From positions 640,001 to 704,000 of the forward strand of contig CAVWLP010000003.1 in the NCBI GenBank assembly GCA_963755915.1: 64,000 nt of DNA, read 5' to 3'. Below, in pieces: positions 50,882 through 62,630 of the stretch. Each line of letters starts with the position of its first letter. Position 1 is the first letter of the stretch. A model generated the notes under the pieces. It saw only the letters and a list, made by a program, of their open reading frames with translations, had not been told where the DNA came from and made no database searches. The position numbers and the translations under genes were made by a program. This stretch comes from an uncultured Phycisphaerales bacterium (lineage in GTDB: Bacteria > Planctomycetota > Phycisphaerae > Tepidisphaerales > Tepidisphaeraceae).

Positions 50882-52081
50882 ATGCCGGATTGGTTTTATA
50901 TTGTTTTTCTGTTTGCGGTTGGCGCCTGCGTGGGGAGCTTTTTGAACGTGGTGGTTTATCGGGTGCCGAGGGGGATGTCGATCGTTTCGCCGCCTTCGCG
51001 GTGTCCGGAGTGTGAGACGCGGCTGGCGTGGCGCGACAATATTCCGGTGTTTGGGTGGATATTTCTGAAGGGGAAGTGCCGGTATTGCGGGAAGCCGATC
51101 TCGATGCGGTATCCGATCATCGAGGCGATCACGGGGCTTCTATTCGTATTTTATTATGTGATGTTCTTTATGCTGCACGTGGGGACGCCGGCGGGGATGA
51201 ACTGGCCGATTTACGGGCTTTACATGGCGCTGATTTCCGGACTGCTGGCGGCGACGCTGATCGATGCGGAGCTGTTCATCATTCCCGCGGAGATTCCCTG
51301 GACGCTGACGGCCGTGGGGATTTTGGTTCATGCGATTGTGGATTCGACGGGGTCGCCGGGGTCGCTAATGCAGACGCCAGCGGTGCTTTCGCTGAGCGCC
51401 GGGGCGGGGATTGGGGTGGTGATCAGCATCGTGCTGTTGCAACTGAAGGTTTTGCCGCTGAGTTTTCCGGAGGGGGATTTGCTGGAAGTGGAGCGGACGG
51501 AGCTTAACGAGCAGGCGAAGAAGGCGGAGGAATCGGGGGAGGCGGGGCCGGAGATTCCGCCGGAGTATACGGGGAAGCAGGTGAGGGGGGAGATTCGCAA
51601 GGAGATGCTCTTCCTGATGCCGCCGTTCGTGCTGGGGGGGGTTTCGGTGCTGCTGTATGGGCACGTGGCGGCAATTGGGGGGATGTGGGTGTCGGCGGCG
51701 CGGCTCGACTGGCTGAATGCGGGCCTGGGGGCGGCACTGGGGGCGATGGTGGGCGCGTTTGTGGTCTGGATCACGCGGATTCTGGGGTCGTATGCGCTGG
51801 GGAAAGAGGCGATGGGGCTGGGGGATATGCACCTGATGCTAGGGATCGGGGCGGTGCTGGGGGGCGGGGCTGCGACGATTACATTTTTTATTGCGCCGTT
51901 CTCAGCGATTGTTGTGGGGCTGTATCTGCTCATCGCACATTCGAGGAGACAGCTCCCGTTTGGACCGTATTTGAGCCTCGCGGCGGGGTTTGTGATGCTG
52001 TTTTATGAGCCGATCGCGGCATATGTACGGCCGGGGTTGGAATTGATCGTGGGGTGGGTGCATCAGATTCTGGGATTTTAA
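50882..52081 (+). CDS. pilD: Prepilin peptidase (A24)
   Basis: GSFLNVVVYR, SRCPEC..GKCRYC, MGLGD, PFGPYL. Confidence 0.92.
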   Translation: MPDWFYIVFLFAVGACVGSFLNVVVYRVPRGMSIVSPPSRCPECETRLAWRDNIPVFGWIFLKGKCRYCGKPISMRYPIIEAITGLLFVFYYVMFFMLHVGTPAGMNWPIYGLYMALISGLLAATLIDAELFIIPAEIPWTLTAVGILVHAIVDSTGSPGSLMQTPAVLSLSAGAGIGVVISIVLLQLKVLPLSFPEGDLLEVERTELNEQAKKAEESGEAGPEIPPEYTGKQVRGEIRKEMLFLMPPFVLGGVSVLLYGHVAAIGGMWVSAARLDWLNAGLGAALGAMVGAFVVWITRILGSYALGKEAMGLGDMHLMLGIGAVLGGGAATITFFIAPFSAIVVGLYLLIAHSRRQLPFGPYLSLAAGFVMLFYEPIAAYVRPGLELIVGWVHQILGF

Positions 52082-52149
52082 GAATCGGGAGATTGGCATC
52101 TTCAGCGCGTTCCGATCAAAATACGACTCAGGGCTGAAAGGGCTGCGTC

Positions 52150-52500
52150 ATGCAAAATCTGTGGTTGAAAATCAAAATCTGGACGAAGATCGGGTTGTTT
52201 TCGATCGTCGTGATTTATCTGCTGATGTTCGTGTTCAAGAATTCGGACCAGCAACTTTCGATCTGGTTCTGGTTCGGGCACGTGATTGAAACGTCGATGC
52301 TGGTGCTGATTCCGGTGGTGCTGCTGGCGGGGGTCATCGGGACATTTGTGGTCAGCATGGCCTATCGGGCGCTCCGGCAGATTCAGGAATTGAGGCAGCG
52401 GACGGCGGCGGCGCAGATGCATAGCGACGTGCAGGAGCTGAAAGCGAAGGCGGAGGCGGAGGCGGTGGAGAATAAGCCGGGGGATGCGGCCGTGAAATGA
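52150..52500 (+). CDS. LapA/DUF1049-like small membrane protein
   Basis: TM-FKNS..WFWF-TM-coiled coil layout. Confidence 0.6.
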   Translation: MQNLWLKIKIWTKIGLFSIVVIYLLMFVFKNSDQQLSIWFWFGHVIETSMLVLIPVVLLAGVIGTFVVSMAYRALRQIQELRQRTAAAQMHSDVQELKAKAEAEAVENKPGDAAVK

Positions 52501-52544
52501 GGGGTTTTGGTGGGGATGCCGGCGCGGGACTATAATCGGCGATC

Positions 52545-53159
52545 ATGCGGATCGCGATTTTGGATTATGGAATGGGCAACCTGCGCTCGGTGCAGAAGGG
52601 GTTTGCACAGGCGGGGACGGAGGCGCAGATTATTTCCCGGCCGGAGGAAATCGACGCCGCCGAGAGGCTGGTGCTGCCCGGCGTGGGGGCCTTCAAAGAT
52701 GCGATTGCGACGCTGCGGGGGGAGAACCTCGCGGAGGCGATCGTGCGGCACATCAATCGCGGAAAACTTTTTCTGGGGATCTGCCTGGGACTTCAGATGC
52801 TCTTTGACGTGGGGTATGAGGATGGGGAACACCGCGGGCTGGGGGTGGTGAAGGGAAAGTGCGTGCGGTTTGACGTGGATAAGACGATGGGGCTGAAGGT
52901 TCCGCACATGGGGTGGAACCAGCTCATCCTGCGGAAGGGCTCGCCGCTTTTTGCGGATCTTGCGGAAGGATGTGGCGTTTATTTCGTGCATGGTTACCAC
53001 GTGGTGCCGGAGGACAATTCAATCATTGCAACGGAGACCGATTATGGAAGGCCATTTGTCAGCAGCATCCGGCGTGACAACCTGTTTGCCACGCAGTTTC
53101 ACCCGGAAAAGAGCCAGAAGGCGGGGCTGAGAATTCTGGCCAATTTTGCGGGGATGTGA
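52545..53159 (+). CDS. hisH: Imidazole glycerol phosphate synthase glutaminase subunit
   Basis: DYGMGNLRSV, PGVGAF, GICLG, PHMGWN, QFHPEKS. Confidence 0.96.
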   Translation: MRIAILDYGMGNLRSVQKGFAQAGTEAQIISRPEEIDAAERLVLPGVGAFKDAIATLRGENLAEAIVRHINRGKLFLGICLGLQMLFDVGYEDGEHRGLGVVKGKCVRFDVDKTMGLKVPHMGWNQLILRKGSPLFADLAEGCGVYFVHGYHVVPEDNSIIATETDYGRPFVSSIRRDNLFATQFHPEKSQKAGLRILANFAGM

Positions 53160-53162
53160 TCA

Positions 53163-55620
53163 GTGGCGCAAAGCGGTGCGACAGATCGGAAGAAGGAAGC
53201 GATCACGCGGGTGATCTCGGAGATCATTTCGCAGGAAGCTTCGTCGGAGCCGATCGATGAGTCGAAGATTATCGCGGCCCATCCGGAGCTGATGCCGGAG
53301 CTTCAGACGGCGCTGCGGCGATTGCATTCGATGACGTCGATGCCGTCGTCGACCTCGACGCCGATCGGCGCGACGGCGGTTCCGCCCGTGGGGCGAAGCA
53401 CGATTGAGGATGCGGGCGAGCCGGAGGGGACCAAGATCGAGGGTTATGCGCTGGAGCGGGAGCTGGGGCGCGGGGGGCAGGCGGTGGTTTACCTGGCGGT
53501 GCAGAAGAACACCGGCAGGAAAGTCGCCCTGAAGCTGATGCGGAGGGAAGCGATCGCCGACGAGCGGGCATTGGCGCGGTTCAAGCGGGAAGTGCAGGTG
53601 CTGGCGGCGCTGGACCATCCCAACATCGTGGGGGTCATGGACACGGGGTCGGCGGGCACTGGGGCGCAGTTCATCGTGATGAACTATGTCGCGGGGACGT
53701 CGCTCGATGAATACTTGAAATCGAAATGGGGGGAACGGACGGAACTACTGAGATTGTTTTTGAAGATCTGCGACGCGGTGAACTTTGCGCACGTGAGGGG
53801 GATCGTGCATCGGGATTTGAAGCCGGGGAATATCAGGATCGACGAGCGGGGAGAGCCGCACATTCTGGATTTTGGGCTGGCGCATACGCCGCTGGATCGA
53901 CTGGCGGGCGGGCTGGCGGTTTCGGGGGAGTTTCTGGGGAGCTTGCCGTGGTGCAGCCCGGAGCAGGCGGCGCGCGATCCGGACCGGATCGACATGCGGA
54001 CCGATGTCTACAGCCTGGGGGTGATTCTGTTTCAGATGCTTTCCGGCGGGAAGTTTCCCTACGACGTCAAGGGGGATATCCGGGTGGCGCTGGACAATAT
54101 CACCAACGCCGCCCCGGCGCCGCTGGTGGGCGTGGATGGGCGGCTGGAAGCAGTCGTGCGAAAGGCGCTGTCAAAGAACAAGGAACAGCGCTATCAGACA
54201 GCCGGCGAGCTGGGGCGGGAAGTCTCGAACTATCTGGCGGAGCGCGACAAGAAGCAGCATGGCGGGCGTCGCAAGAGCGTGGTGCTGATTGTGGCGGGGT
54301 GCATCCTCGGGCTCATTTTGGCGGAGCATGCGCGGCATTCGCACCTGCCGCGGGTGGTGTCGGAATCAGTTGCCCCGGCGCGAACGATTTTCCCGGCGAC
54401 ACAGCCGGCGGCGGCTGCGGAACTTGTGGTGCCGGCACCGGAAGCGCCGCAGGCGCCGATGGAATTTGGCACCGGGCGGGGGCGGGGTTGGCCGATTGTT
54501 TTGGCGATGGGAACCTGCCATCTCGATGGGGATGAGCTGGCGCTCACGCCGGCGCCGCTTCAATGCGTGATGTACCTGGGATTTCCGGCCTGGACGGCGT
54601 ATGACCTCTCGTTTGAAGTGAAGACCAATGCAACGTCGGACAATCGGGGCGTGAGGGTGATGGTAAACCAGACGCGGGGCAATGCCTGCGTGCTGTGGCT
54701 GGGGAGAAATGACAATTCGGATATGGAATTGTCGTCGCACCTGGAGTCGCTGCCGGTGCGTCTGTCGTCGGTGGCGGGCCGGCTGGAGCCGGACCGGTGG
54801 TATGAAGTGAAAGTGCAGGTGCGCGGGGATGAGATTCACTCGTTTCTGGATGGGAAGCTGCTGCTGCAGGGATCGGACAACCGGCTGACGCATCGGGCGC
54901 ACGGGGCTGGCGGTGTTTGATTCGTCGGTGAGGTTCCGGGATATCGTGGTGAAATCACCCGATGGGGCCGTGATGTGGCAGGGTCCGCCGGATGTTGCGC
55001 GGTTGCCCCAGAATGAGGTTGACCGGCCCAACTCGGTTCCGCCGGTGGACATGAAGCTGACGGATTTGTTTCGGCATTTGGATTTGACGGGGGATGCGCT
55101 GGCGGGGCAATGGACGGAAAGCGGGGATGGGATTCGGGGGCAGGGAGATGGGGCGCAGATTCAGTTCCCGACGCCACCGCCGGCGGAGTATGACTATCGC
55201 ATTACCTTTGTGCGATACAGTGGGAACGGGGGCGTGGGGCTGATCGCGTCGCAGCGGGGGAAATCGTTTGTGTGGATTTTTGGGGGGCATAATGGGACGG
55301 CCTCGGGTTTGGGACAGATCAATGGGGAGCCGTTTGACAATAATGAGACGTTGCGGCACTCGATGAACTGGCTGCCCAATGGGCTGGTGCATACGCTGGT
55401 GGTGCGGGTAAGAAAAGATTGGGTGATTGGGTATCTGGATGGGCAGTTTTTGGGCAGGGCGAATGGGGTGCTCACGCAATTGTCGTTGCCGTCGTATGTG
55501 AAGACGCCTAGCGCGGCGTCGCCGCTGGGGATCTGGCTGGAGAGCGACGCGGTGATCGTGAAGTCGGCGGATGTGTTTGCTCTGTCGCCGCGGGCGACGA
55601 CGGAACCGGGGGAGAGGTAA
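53163..55620 (+). CDS. Hanks-type Ser/Thr kinase with TM and two C-terminal beta-sandwich (DUF1080-like) domains (frameshift near 54900)
   Basis: GRGGQAVV, VALK, HRDLKPGN, DFG, SPEQ, DVYSLG. Confidence 0.85.
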
Positions 55621-55643
55621 GGGCCGATCCGCAGACGGCCGAA

Positions 55644-57860
55644 TCAGCTATCCAGCAGGTTCGATGAGGAATCGGTCAGCAATTGGTCGTCGACACCCGT
55701 ATCCGCGGCGAAACTCTCCGTTGCTGAATTGACGGTAACTCCGCCCTCGCTGCCGCCGCCACCAGTGTCGTCGGTGGGCGCCGGGCTGGAGACGCCCGGA
55801 TCAGGGTTGCGGCCCTCGTCGTAACCGTATTCGACATACTGGTCGTAAACCGATGTAAGCGGCTCGCCGGTGATGTAGGGGTCAATGTCGCTGTTGAATT
55901 CCGCGTAGCTGGTTGTGTTGAAAGTGGGCGTCGGGTTGTATCCCTCGTACTCGCCGTAATCAACGAAATGTTGATAGGCGGAGGTCAGCGCGTGGCTGGT
56001 AACAGCGGAGGCAACGTTGCCATACTGCTGGAGGTAATAGGAAGTGTTGAACCAGAAGAGGCCACCGCGGTTTTCGTATTGGCCGTAGAGGTAGTATTGC
56101 ATGAAGCCGGAGCTTACGGTGCCGGCGGTCACGGCGGCGGCGACGTCGCTGTTATAGGCGAGGTAATACGACTCGTCCCAGAAGGGGGAGGGGCTGTAGC
56201 CTTCGTATTGGCCGTACTGGAGATAATGGGCGTAGCCGCTGGCGAACTGGCCGTCGGCAAGGGCGGAACCGATATAGGCGGCATAGGTTCTCTCATACCA
56301 GCCTTCGTCGAATAGTGAGTTCTGGCTGACGACCGTTCCGGAGCCAAGCAGAACATTGGTGCCCGTGGTGGTGTCGATGGCGTAGACGGCGTAGCTGTGG
56401 GTGCCGGCGCTGAGGAGGGGCATGTAGTACTGGAACCCGTGGTCGGGGGAGCCGATCACGCCGGTGAGGTCGTCGCGCTCCATATCGGCGGAGAAGGTCT
56501 GGGTGATGGTCCCGCCGTCGATAACGACTTCGACGTTGATGGGGTTGGTGGGGTTTGCCGGATCGTAGGCCCAGCCGACGATTTGGCCCCAACTGGCGGC
56601 GTCGACGTGGCCGGTGGCGGGCTCGTTGGACTGACCTTCGACCTGGTAGGAATAAGATCCGAGGCCGGTTTGTGAATCGGGATCGACGGTGTTGATCTCG
56701 ACGTCGGCGTCTGATATGCCCGGAGTTGCAGTGTAGGTCGCAGTAATCGTGTCGACAGAAAGCGTGGAGGTATTCGTGATTACGTCAGGCTGTGAAACGG
56801 AGAAGGCGTCGGTTCCGACGCCGCCGAGGGTGATCGCAGCGATTGAGTTGGCAGCGGTGGTGGTAAGAAGGGAGGAAAGGCCTAAGGCCCTGGACGAGCC
56901 GTCGCCGGTGTCGCTGATGGTAAAGGTGTTGGTTACCGGGGCGGCGCCGAGGTTCATGTCCCCGAAATAAGTGCCGGCGCCGGTCGTCGGATCGGATTCG
57001 TTGGCGGGAATGTTGACATTTTGCGCGGTGCCGCCGGTCACTGCGATTAGATTTCGCAGGGTTATTGAAAAGATGAGATTGGAGTCCGCCGGAATGCCGG
57101 TTTGCGCATTGCCGCCGTAGCCTTCGGCGAAGGGAATATAGAGGGCACGAGTTTCGCCGACCTGCATACCAACCACACCCTGATCCCAGCCTTGAATCAC
57201 CTCTCCCAAACCAAGCTCGAACTGGAATGGGTTGGCGGTGGTGAGAGAGCTTTGGAACATGGTTCCGTCGGTGAGGTAACCGGTATAGTCCATGACGAGA
57301 TAGTCGCCGTCGGCAGCGGCAGGTCCCGTGCCTGGGGTAACGGTGGTGTACTCAACACCGCTGGGAAGGGTCGTGGTGGCATCGCCGGTCCCGTCGATTT
57401 CGAAGGTATAGGCCGTCAGAGAGGAATCGATGGTGACGGTGGACGAGAAGCTCTGTGCTTCATTGGGGGTGAAGGTGATGGTGAAGGTGGTGTCGCCATT
57501 TTGGGCGATCGTGGAGCTCGCCGAGTTACCGGTGAGGGCGAACACGGATGAGCCGCTGAGCGAGACGCTGACGGTGTTGATCTGACCCGATTCCGCGGCA
57601 ATGGTGTAGGTGCGCGTGAGCGGGATGGTTCCATCGTGGGCGGTGTCGCCGAAGTTGGTGAAGTTTGAAAAGGTGGGCGTGGTCTCGCCATTGGCGATGT
57701 TGGCGGAATTGCCGGTCACGACCATGGTCGCCGAGAGGAGCACGCGGGATTCCATCTGCTCGATGAGGTTCTGATAGCGCCGGCAATTTTTGCGCTTGCG
57801 CAGTTTCTTCAGGGTTTGGATTGCGGAACCTTCAGCGGAGCCAAAACGCGATGCGTTCAT
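55644..57860 (-). CDS. Large extracellular protein: LEPR-XLL-like motif, Ig-like domains, FKBP PPIase, Tyr-rich repeats
   Basis: EQMESRVLLS; YTGYLTDGTMF..VIQGWDQG..IP..GYG..IPADSNLIF; repeats YY..DVA.AV..G..Y..YG.YE. Confidence 0.8.
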   Translation of the reverse strand: MNASRFGSAEGSAIQTLKKLRKRKNCRRYQNLIEQMESRVLLSATMVVTGNSANIANGETTPTFSNFTNFGDTAHDGTIPLTRTYTIAAESGQINTVSVSLSGSSVFALTGNSASSTIAQNGDTTFTITFTPNEAQSFSSTVTIDSSLTAYTFEIDGTGDATTTLPSGVEYTTVTPGTGPAAADGDYLVMDYTGYLTDGTMFQSSLTTANPFQFELGLGEVIQGWDQGVVGMQVGETRALYIPFAEGYGGNAQTGIPADSNLIFSITLRNLIAVTGGTAQNVNIPANESDPTTGAGTYFGDMNLGAAPVTNTFTISDTGDGSSRALGLSSLLTTTAANSIAAITLGGVGTDAFSVSQPDVITNTSTLSVDTITATYTATPGISDADVEINTVDPDSQTGLGSYSYQVEGQSNEPATGHVDAASWGQIVGWAYDPANPTNPINVEVVIDGGTITQTFSADMERDDLTGVIGSPDHGFQYYMPLLSAGTHSYAVYAIDTTTGTNVLLGSGTVVSQNSLFDEGWYERTYAAYIGSALADGQFASGYAHYLQYGQYEGYSPSPFWDESYYLAYNSDVAAAVTAGTVSSGFMQYYLYGQYENRGGLFWFNTSYYLQQYGNVASAVTSHALTSAYQHFVDYGEYEGYNPTPTFNTTSYAEFNSDIDPYITGEPLTSVYDQYVEYGYDEGRNPDPGVSSPAPTDDTGGGGSEGGVTVNSATESFAADTGVDDQLLTDSSSNLLDS

Positions 57861-58098
57861 GGTCAGAGCCCTCTAGATGCGAAATTTTGAAAACCATTGA
57901 TCGCTGCTGGAGCGACCCTACCCCCGGCCCAGTCGGTACACACTGACTGTTGGTCCGGATATGCCTCGCCATCCTTACGTCTGATTTTGTCCAACCGAGA
58001 TAGACACAATAATACACCGAAATCACAGTCGGTCAAACCAAGCCGGGTTTCAGATATATACGCTTGAGGCGCGTCGATGGTTGCACCTGAAAAATTTG

Positions 58099-58140
58099 CC
58101 CCCCTTCCCAGCCCTCTCCTGGAGTACCGGGGGCGAGGGA
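58099..58140. repeat. Repeat family C hairpin
   Basis: CCCTCTCCTGGAGTACCGGGGG, similar to 43874-43913. Confidence 0.7.
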
Positions 58141-58503
58141 ACCAACGGGCGAACGGCGCAGCGGCCTGAAGCGGGTAACCGGGGCAAGATGCGCCCGGCT
58201 GGGTGGGTTAACCGGGGGATTTTACCGGACGGCTGAAGAGATCCTGAATCCGCGTAAAACGCCGGGCGATTTTCCCGGACCTTGGCGTTTTGGGACGATG
58301 GTTATTCCAACCCCTCCTGTTCAAAACAACCTGTTTGCATGGTGATGCCTCCAGATGCTGGAGTTGCGCAAAAAACCGCGCACGGCGCATGGTTAAATTA
58401 ACCATTTTTCCCCTTTTGTAGAAAATAGCGTCCGAAAAGGCCCTTCGGCGCAAGCGGCAGCGATCGCGCGGGTTACGCGCAAAATTTTCCTGTGCCCGCG
58501 CCG

Positions 58504-58518
58504 CGGCACGGATCTCGC
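58504..58518 (+). promoter_or_regulatory. Candidate sigma54 promoter
   Basis: CGGCACG-GATC-TCGC with GG-N10-GC spacing. Confidence 0.4.
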
Positions 58519-58604
58519 TTTGGAGTAGGGCGTTACCGGAGGGCAACGGAAATCGCCACGTCGGTGAATCGATGCCAGCCACACATCTCAAACAGAGGTT
58601 CGCC

Positions 58605-59042
58605 ATGTTCAAGTGCCAGGAAGATCAAATCGCAGTGCTGGGAATCTGCGTGGATTCGCCCGCGACCAGCGGCCGCGCGGAAGACATGAACTTTCATGCC
58701 GTCCACAACGCCCGCCGCGGCATCGACATGCTCCGCATGGTCAGCTTCGACATCGTGCTGGTCGGGATGAAGCTCCCGGACATGTCGGTCTGGGATTTCC
58801 TCCGTCATCTCAAGGCGGGATTCCCCAACCAGAAGTGGGCGATGGTCGGCGGCCCCATCACCGAGAAACAGGAAGTGCAGGCCCGGATGTTCGGCTGCAC
58901 GACGCTGTTCGATACCACGCCGAGCAGCAAGGAGCTGCTGCAACTGACCGCGCGGATGCGCGAGCAGGCGGTCACCAGCGTGCTGTCCGGAAAGGTTGGC
59001 CGGCAGGCAATGCAGAAGCCGCAGATTCGCAGCGCGAGCTGA
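58605..59042 (+). CDS. Single-domain pseudo-receiver protein
   Basis: FDIVLVGMKLPDMS aligns with receiver DLVLLD-xx-LPD but has Gly at the phospho-Asp position. Confidence 0.65.
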   Translation: MFKCQEDQIAVLGICVDSPATSGRAEDMNFHAVHNARRGIDMLRMVSFDIVLVGMKLPDMSVWDFLRHLKAGFPNQKWAMVGGPITEKQEVQARMFGCTTLFDTTPSSKELLQLTARMREQAVTSVLSGKVGRQAMQKPQIRSAS

Positions 59043-59141
59043 AACGCGAGCTGACGTGGGTGTGCATCGAATGCAGTGGGTCCGGCACCTGAGCAACAGG
59101 CCGGGCGACGGGAAAGATGGTTACGGAGTCGGGAGAAACCT

Positions 59142-60062
59142 GTGAAGACGAATCGTTCAAAACACGGATCGAAGGTCTCTGGAGCGAAGTTCTCGGCAGC
59201 AAAGTTGCTCGCCAATTGCAGTACAGTAGCAGTTGGCGCGGCAATGCTGGCGGCTTCTTCAAGCGGTCTATTATGCGGATCGCAATGCGAAGCGGCACTT
59301 ATTTCGCTCAGCAACGGTAACTCCTCCGTAACCATCAATCCCAACTCCTCGGCCGGACTTGAGAACTGGTCGATCAACGGGCAAAACCAGATCAACCAGG
59401 AGTGGTTCTGGTATCGCGTCGGAACCTCCGGCGGGCAATCGAGCATCGATACGATCTCCACTCCTTCTACCCAACTCTACGACACCACGGGTGACGGATC
59501 GAACGACACAGCCATGATCACCTATGCCGACAGCTCGCTTGAGGTTTCAGTCCTCTACCGCCTCTCCGGCGGACAGAACGGAACGCTTACCTCCGACCTT
59601 GGCGAAACAATCGAGATCGAAAACCTGAGCAAGACGACGCAGACGTTTAACTTCTTCGAATATTCGAATTTCACGCTGGCGGGACTGAAGACGGGACAGA
59701 GCGAATCAATCACCGGAAGCAACACCGCAACCGACATCGGCAACGGCTGGCAGGAAGAGACAACGGTCAGCCCCAAGGCGACGGATTTCGACGCCAACAC
59801 CGATCCGACCCTCCTGAACAAGCTGACGACGGCGACCGATTACACGCTGCCCAACGTGGCGACCTCCGGACCGGGCGACGTGGAGGGGGGTTTTGAGTGG
59901 ACGGTCTCGATCATGGGCGGGTGCTCCTACGAGATCAGCGGCGATCAGATCATTAAGGGACAAGCGGTTGGGGCGGTTCCCGAGCCGATGAGCGCATCGC
60001 TGGCGGCGATGGCGCTGGGCGGGGTGCTGATGGCCCGGCCGCGGAAGAAATTGGCGATCTAG
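59142..60062 (+). CDS. PEP-CTERM sorting-domain protein
   Basis: Signal-like N-terminus; C-terminal VPEPMSASLAAMALGGVLMARPRKK. Confidence 0.88.
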   Translation: MKTNRSKHGSKVSGAKFSAAKLLANCSTVAVGAAMLAASSSGLLCGSQCEAALISLSNGNSSVTINPNSSAGLENWSINGQNQINQEWFWYRVGTSGGQSSIDTISTPSTQLYDTTGDGSNDTAMITYADSSLEVSVLYRLSGGQNGTLTSDLGETIEIENLSKTTQTFNFFEYSNFTLAGLKTGQSESITGSNTATDIGNGWQEETTVSPKATDFDANTDPTLLNKLTTATDYTLPNVATSGPGDVEGGFEWTVSIMGGCSYEISGDQIIKGQAVGAVPEPMSASLAAMALGGVLMARPRKKLAI

Positions 60063-60163
60063 CCAGAAACAGTACACACAAGTTCCACACCGAACCCTGG
60101 GCGGCGCGTGCCGCCCTGGTTTCGTTTCTTGATCCGCCGAAGCGCACCACTATCCTCTAGCAA

Positions 60164-62142
60164 ATGGCGAACAAATTTCTGCTGGGAACGTGTTATTACC
60201 CCGAGCACTGGCCCGCGGCGCGGCATGAGAGCGATTTCCGGAGGATGAAGGATGCCGGCATCGACGTGGTGCGCATGGGGGAAGGGGCGTGGGGATATTT
60301 TGAGCCCCAGGAAGGCACGTTTCAGTTTGAACTTTTCGACCGGGCGATTGCGCTGTGCAGGCGGTTTGGGATCAAGGTGATTTTCGGCACGCCGACGTAT
60401 TGCGGGCCGGCCTGGATCGCCGGCAAATATCCGGAGGTTTTGCGGTGGGATTTTCAGCGCATGCCCATGGCACACGGGTCGCGGCGGAATTTTACCTACG
60501 CATCGGCGAAATATTTGCAGCTTTCGGATCGGATCTGTACGGCGCTGGCGGAGCATTATGCGGGAGAGAAGCAGATCATCGCCTGGCAGCTCGACAACGA
60601 ATTCAATTGCCATATGGATGTGAGCTATTCGCCCAGCGACACGCTGGCGTTTCGGAAATGGCTGCGCAAAAATACGGCACGCTGGAGAAGCTGAACGGGG
60701 CATGGGGGACGGCGTTCTGGTCGCAGCAGTATGACGATTGGGGACAGATTGATTTGCCCCACCCTACGAGCGCGCCACCAAATCCATCGCAGATTCTGGA
60801 TGAGTCCCGGTTCATCAGCGATACCGTCGTGGAATTTGCCCGGAGGCAGGCGAAGATTTTGCGGAAGCACAATCCGAAGTGGCAGATCACGCACAATGCG
60901 CTGTTTGCGAATGTTGATGGGCCGTCACTGGTAAAGGAGCTGGATTTTTTCAGCCACGATCAATACCCGCTTTTTTGTGATGATTGGCCGAGCAGGGCGG
61001 AGGGATTGGTCCAGGCGAGGAGCCTCTCCTTTCCGTATGGGATTCTGGAGCAGCAGTCGGGGCCTGGGGGGCAGTTGAGTTATCTTCAGCGCACGCCGCA
61101 GCCGGGAGAGGTGTGGCTGTGGGCGTGGCAGTCGGTGGCGCATGGGGCGAACCTTGTAAGCTTTTTTCTCTGGCGGACGTGCCCGTTTGGAGCCGAGCAG
61201 CATTGGCATGGGCTGATCGATCAGGACAATAAATCGACGCGGCGTTTGGAGGAGGCGAAGCAATTTGGAAAAGAGGTGCGGAAGTTGCCGGAGGATTTCT
61301 TTCGATATGCGCCGATGAAATGGATCGCAGTGCTGCGGGATTTTGATAATGAAATCAACGAGCGGCGGATTGATACGTTTAGCAAATCCGGGCAGGCGGA
61401 ACACGCGCGGTGGATGCGGGTGATGTCGGCGAAGAAAGTTCCAGTGGATTTTGTCTGGCCGGAAAGTGAATTTGAGGGATATGGAGTGCTGGTGGTTCCG
61501 CATCAGCAGATTATCACACCGGCGCTGGCGAAAAAGCTGGAGAAATATGTCGCCGCCGGCGGGATTCTTGCGCTGGGGGCGCTGGCGGGGGTGAAGGATG
61601 AGAATTGTCATATCGTTGAGCGAACAGCGCCGGGGTTGCTCGCGAAACTGGCGGGGGTTGAGGTGGACGAATGGACGACGCTGGCGGCGAACCAGACGCG
61701 GACGGCACGCATGCCGGGCGGAGCGGAACTGACGATGACGACTTTCGCCGAGCGGCTTCGGTTGCGCACGGCGAACGAAGTGGCGCGATGGGTGGGCGGG
61801 GATCGAGTGCTGGGGGATGGGCCGGCGGTCACCGTCAACGTGGTTGGGAAAGGGAGCGTATATTACGTTGGCGGGTACTGCACGAATGGCGCCATAGAAA
61901 TACTTCTGGAAGAATTGCTGCTACCGACAAAATTGAGCATTCCGGTGGTGGCGCCGCCAGAGGTCGAGGTGGTGGTGCGCGTGAGCGGCAAAAAAATCTA
62001 CGCGGTGGCAATGAATCATTCCGCGCTCGCCCAGCAGGTGGTCTTCATCGAGAACAGCATGGATTTATTGACAGGTAAAAAGATCGCGAAAGAAACGACG
62101 ATTCCAGGATTCGGCGTTGTTGTCGCGGCTTCGGGGTTATAG
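60164..62142 (+). CDS. Beta-galactosidase GH42 (frameshift near 60670)
   Basis: YYPEHW, WQLDNE, LNGAWGTAFWS, GAEQHWHG. Confidence 0.9.
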
Positions 62143-62603
62143 TTCCAGCAGCATTTCAGTTGTGCTGGGACGAAATCCGCAGGCAGCGAAGAGTTTTCGG
62201 GCCGCGTCGTTGGGGGCGGCGGTGTCGAGGCGGATTTGCGGCACGCCCATCGATTTGAAACGCTCGACCGCGAGCATCACCATCTGCCGGGCGATCCCTT
62301 CGTGGCGATATTCCTCTTCCACCCACAAGTCATGGATGAAGCCGAATTGCCTCAGGCGATAGATCGGGATTTCGTCTTCGATAGTAGCGATGAGAAATGC
62401 GATGGGGCGATCTTCGCGCACGGCGACAAGGAAGACGCTACGGGGATCATCGGCGCGGGCGGTGAGCCAGCGGCTGTAGCGCTGCTCGGGATGGGAAAGG
62501 AAAGTGTACTTGGCCGGGTCCCATTTTTCGTGAAGCGCCAGGTTTTGGCGACCATCGGCAGGACGCCGGGCACATCGGCGGCGGTTGCGGGGCGGATTTC
62601 CAT
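62137..62603 (-). CDS. GNAT acetyltransferase (frameshift near 62540)
   Basis: MEIRPATAAD; DLWVEEEYRHEGIA, NDAARKLFAACGF. Confidence 0.85.
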
Positions 62604-62630
62604 GTCTCTGATCGAATCATACCCGCAAAA

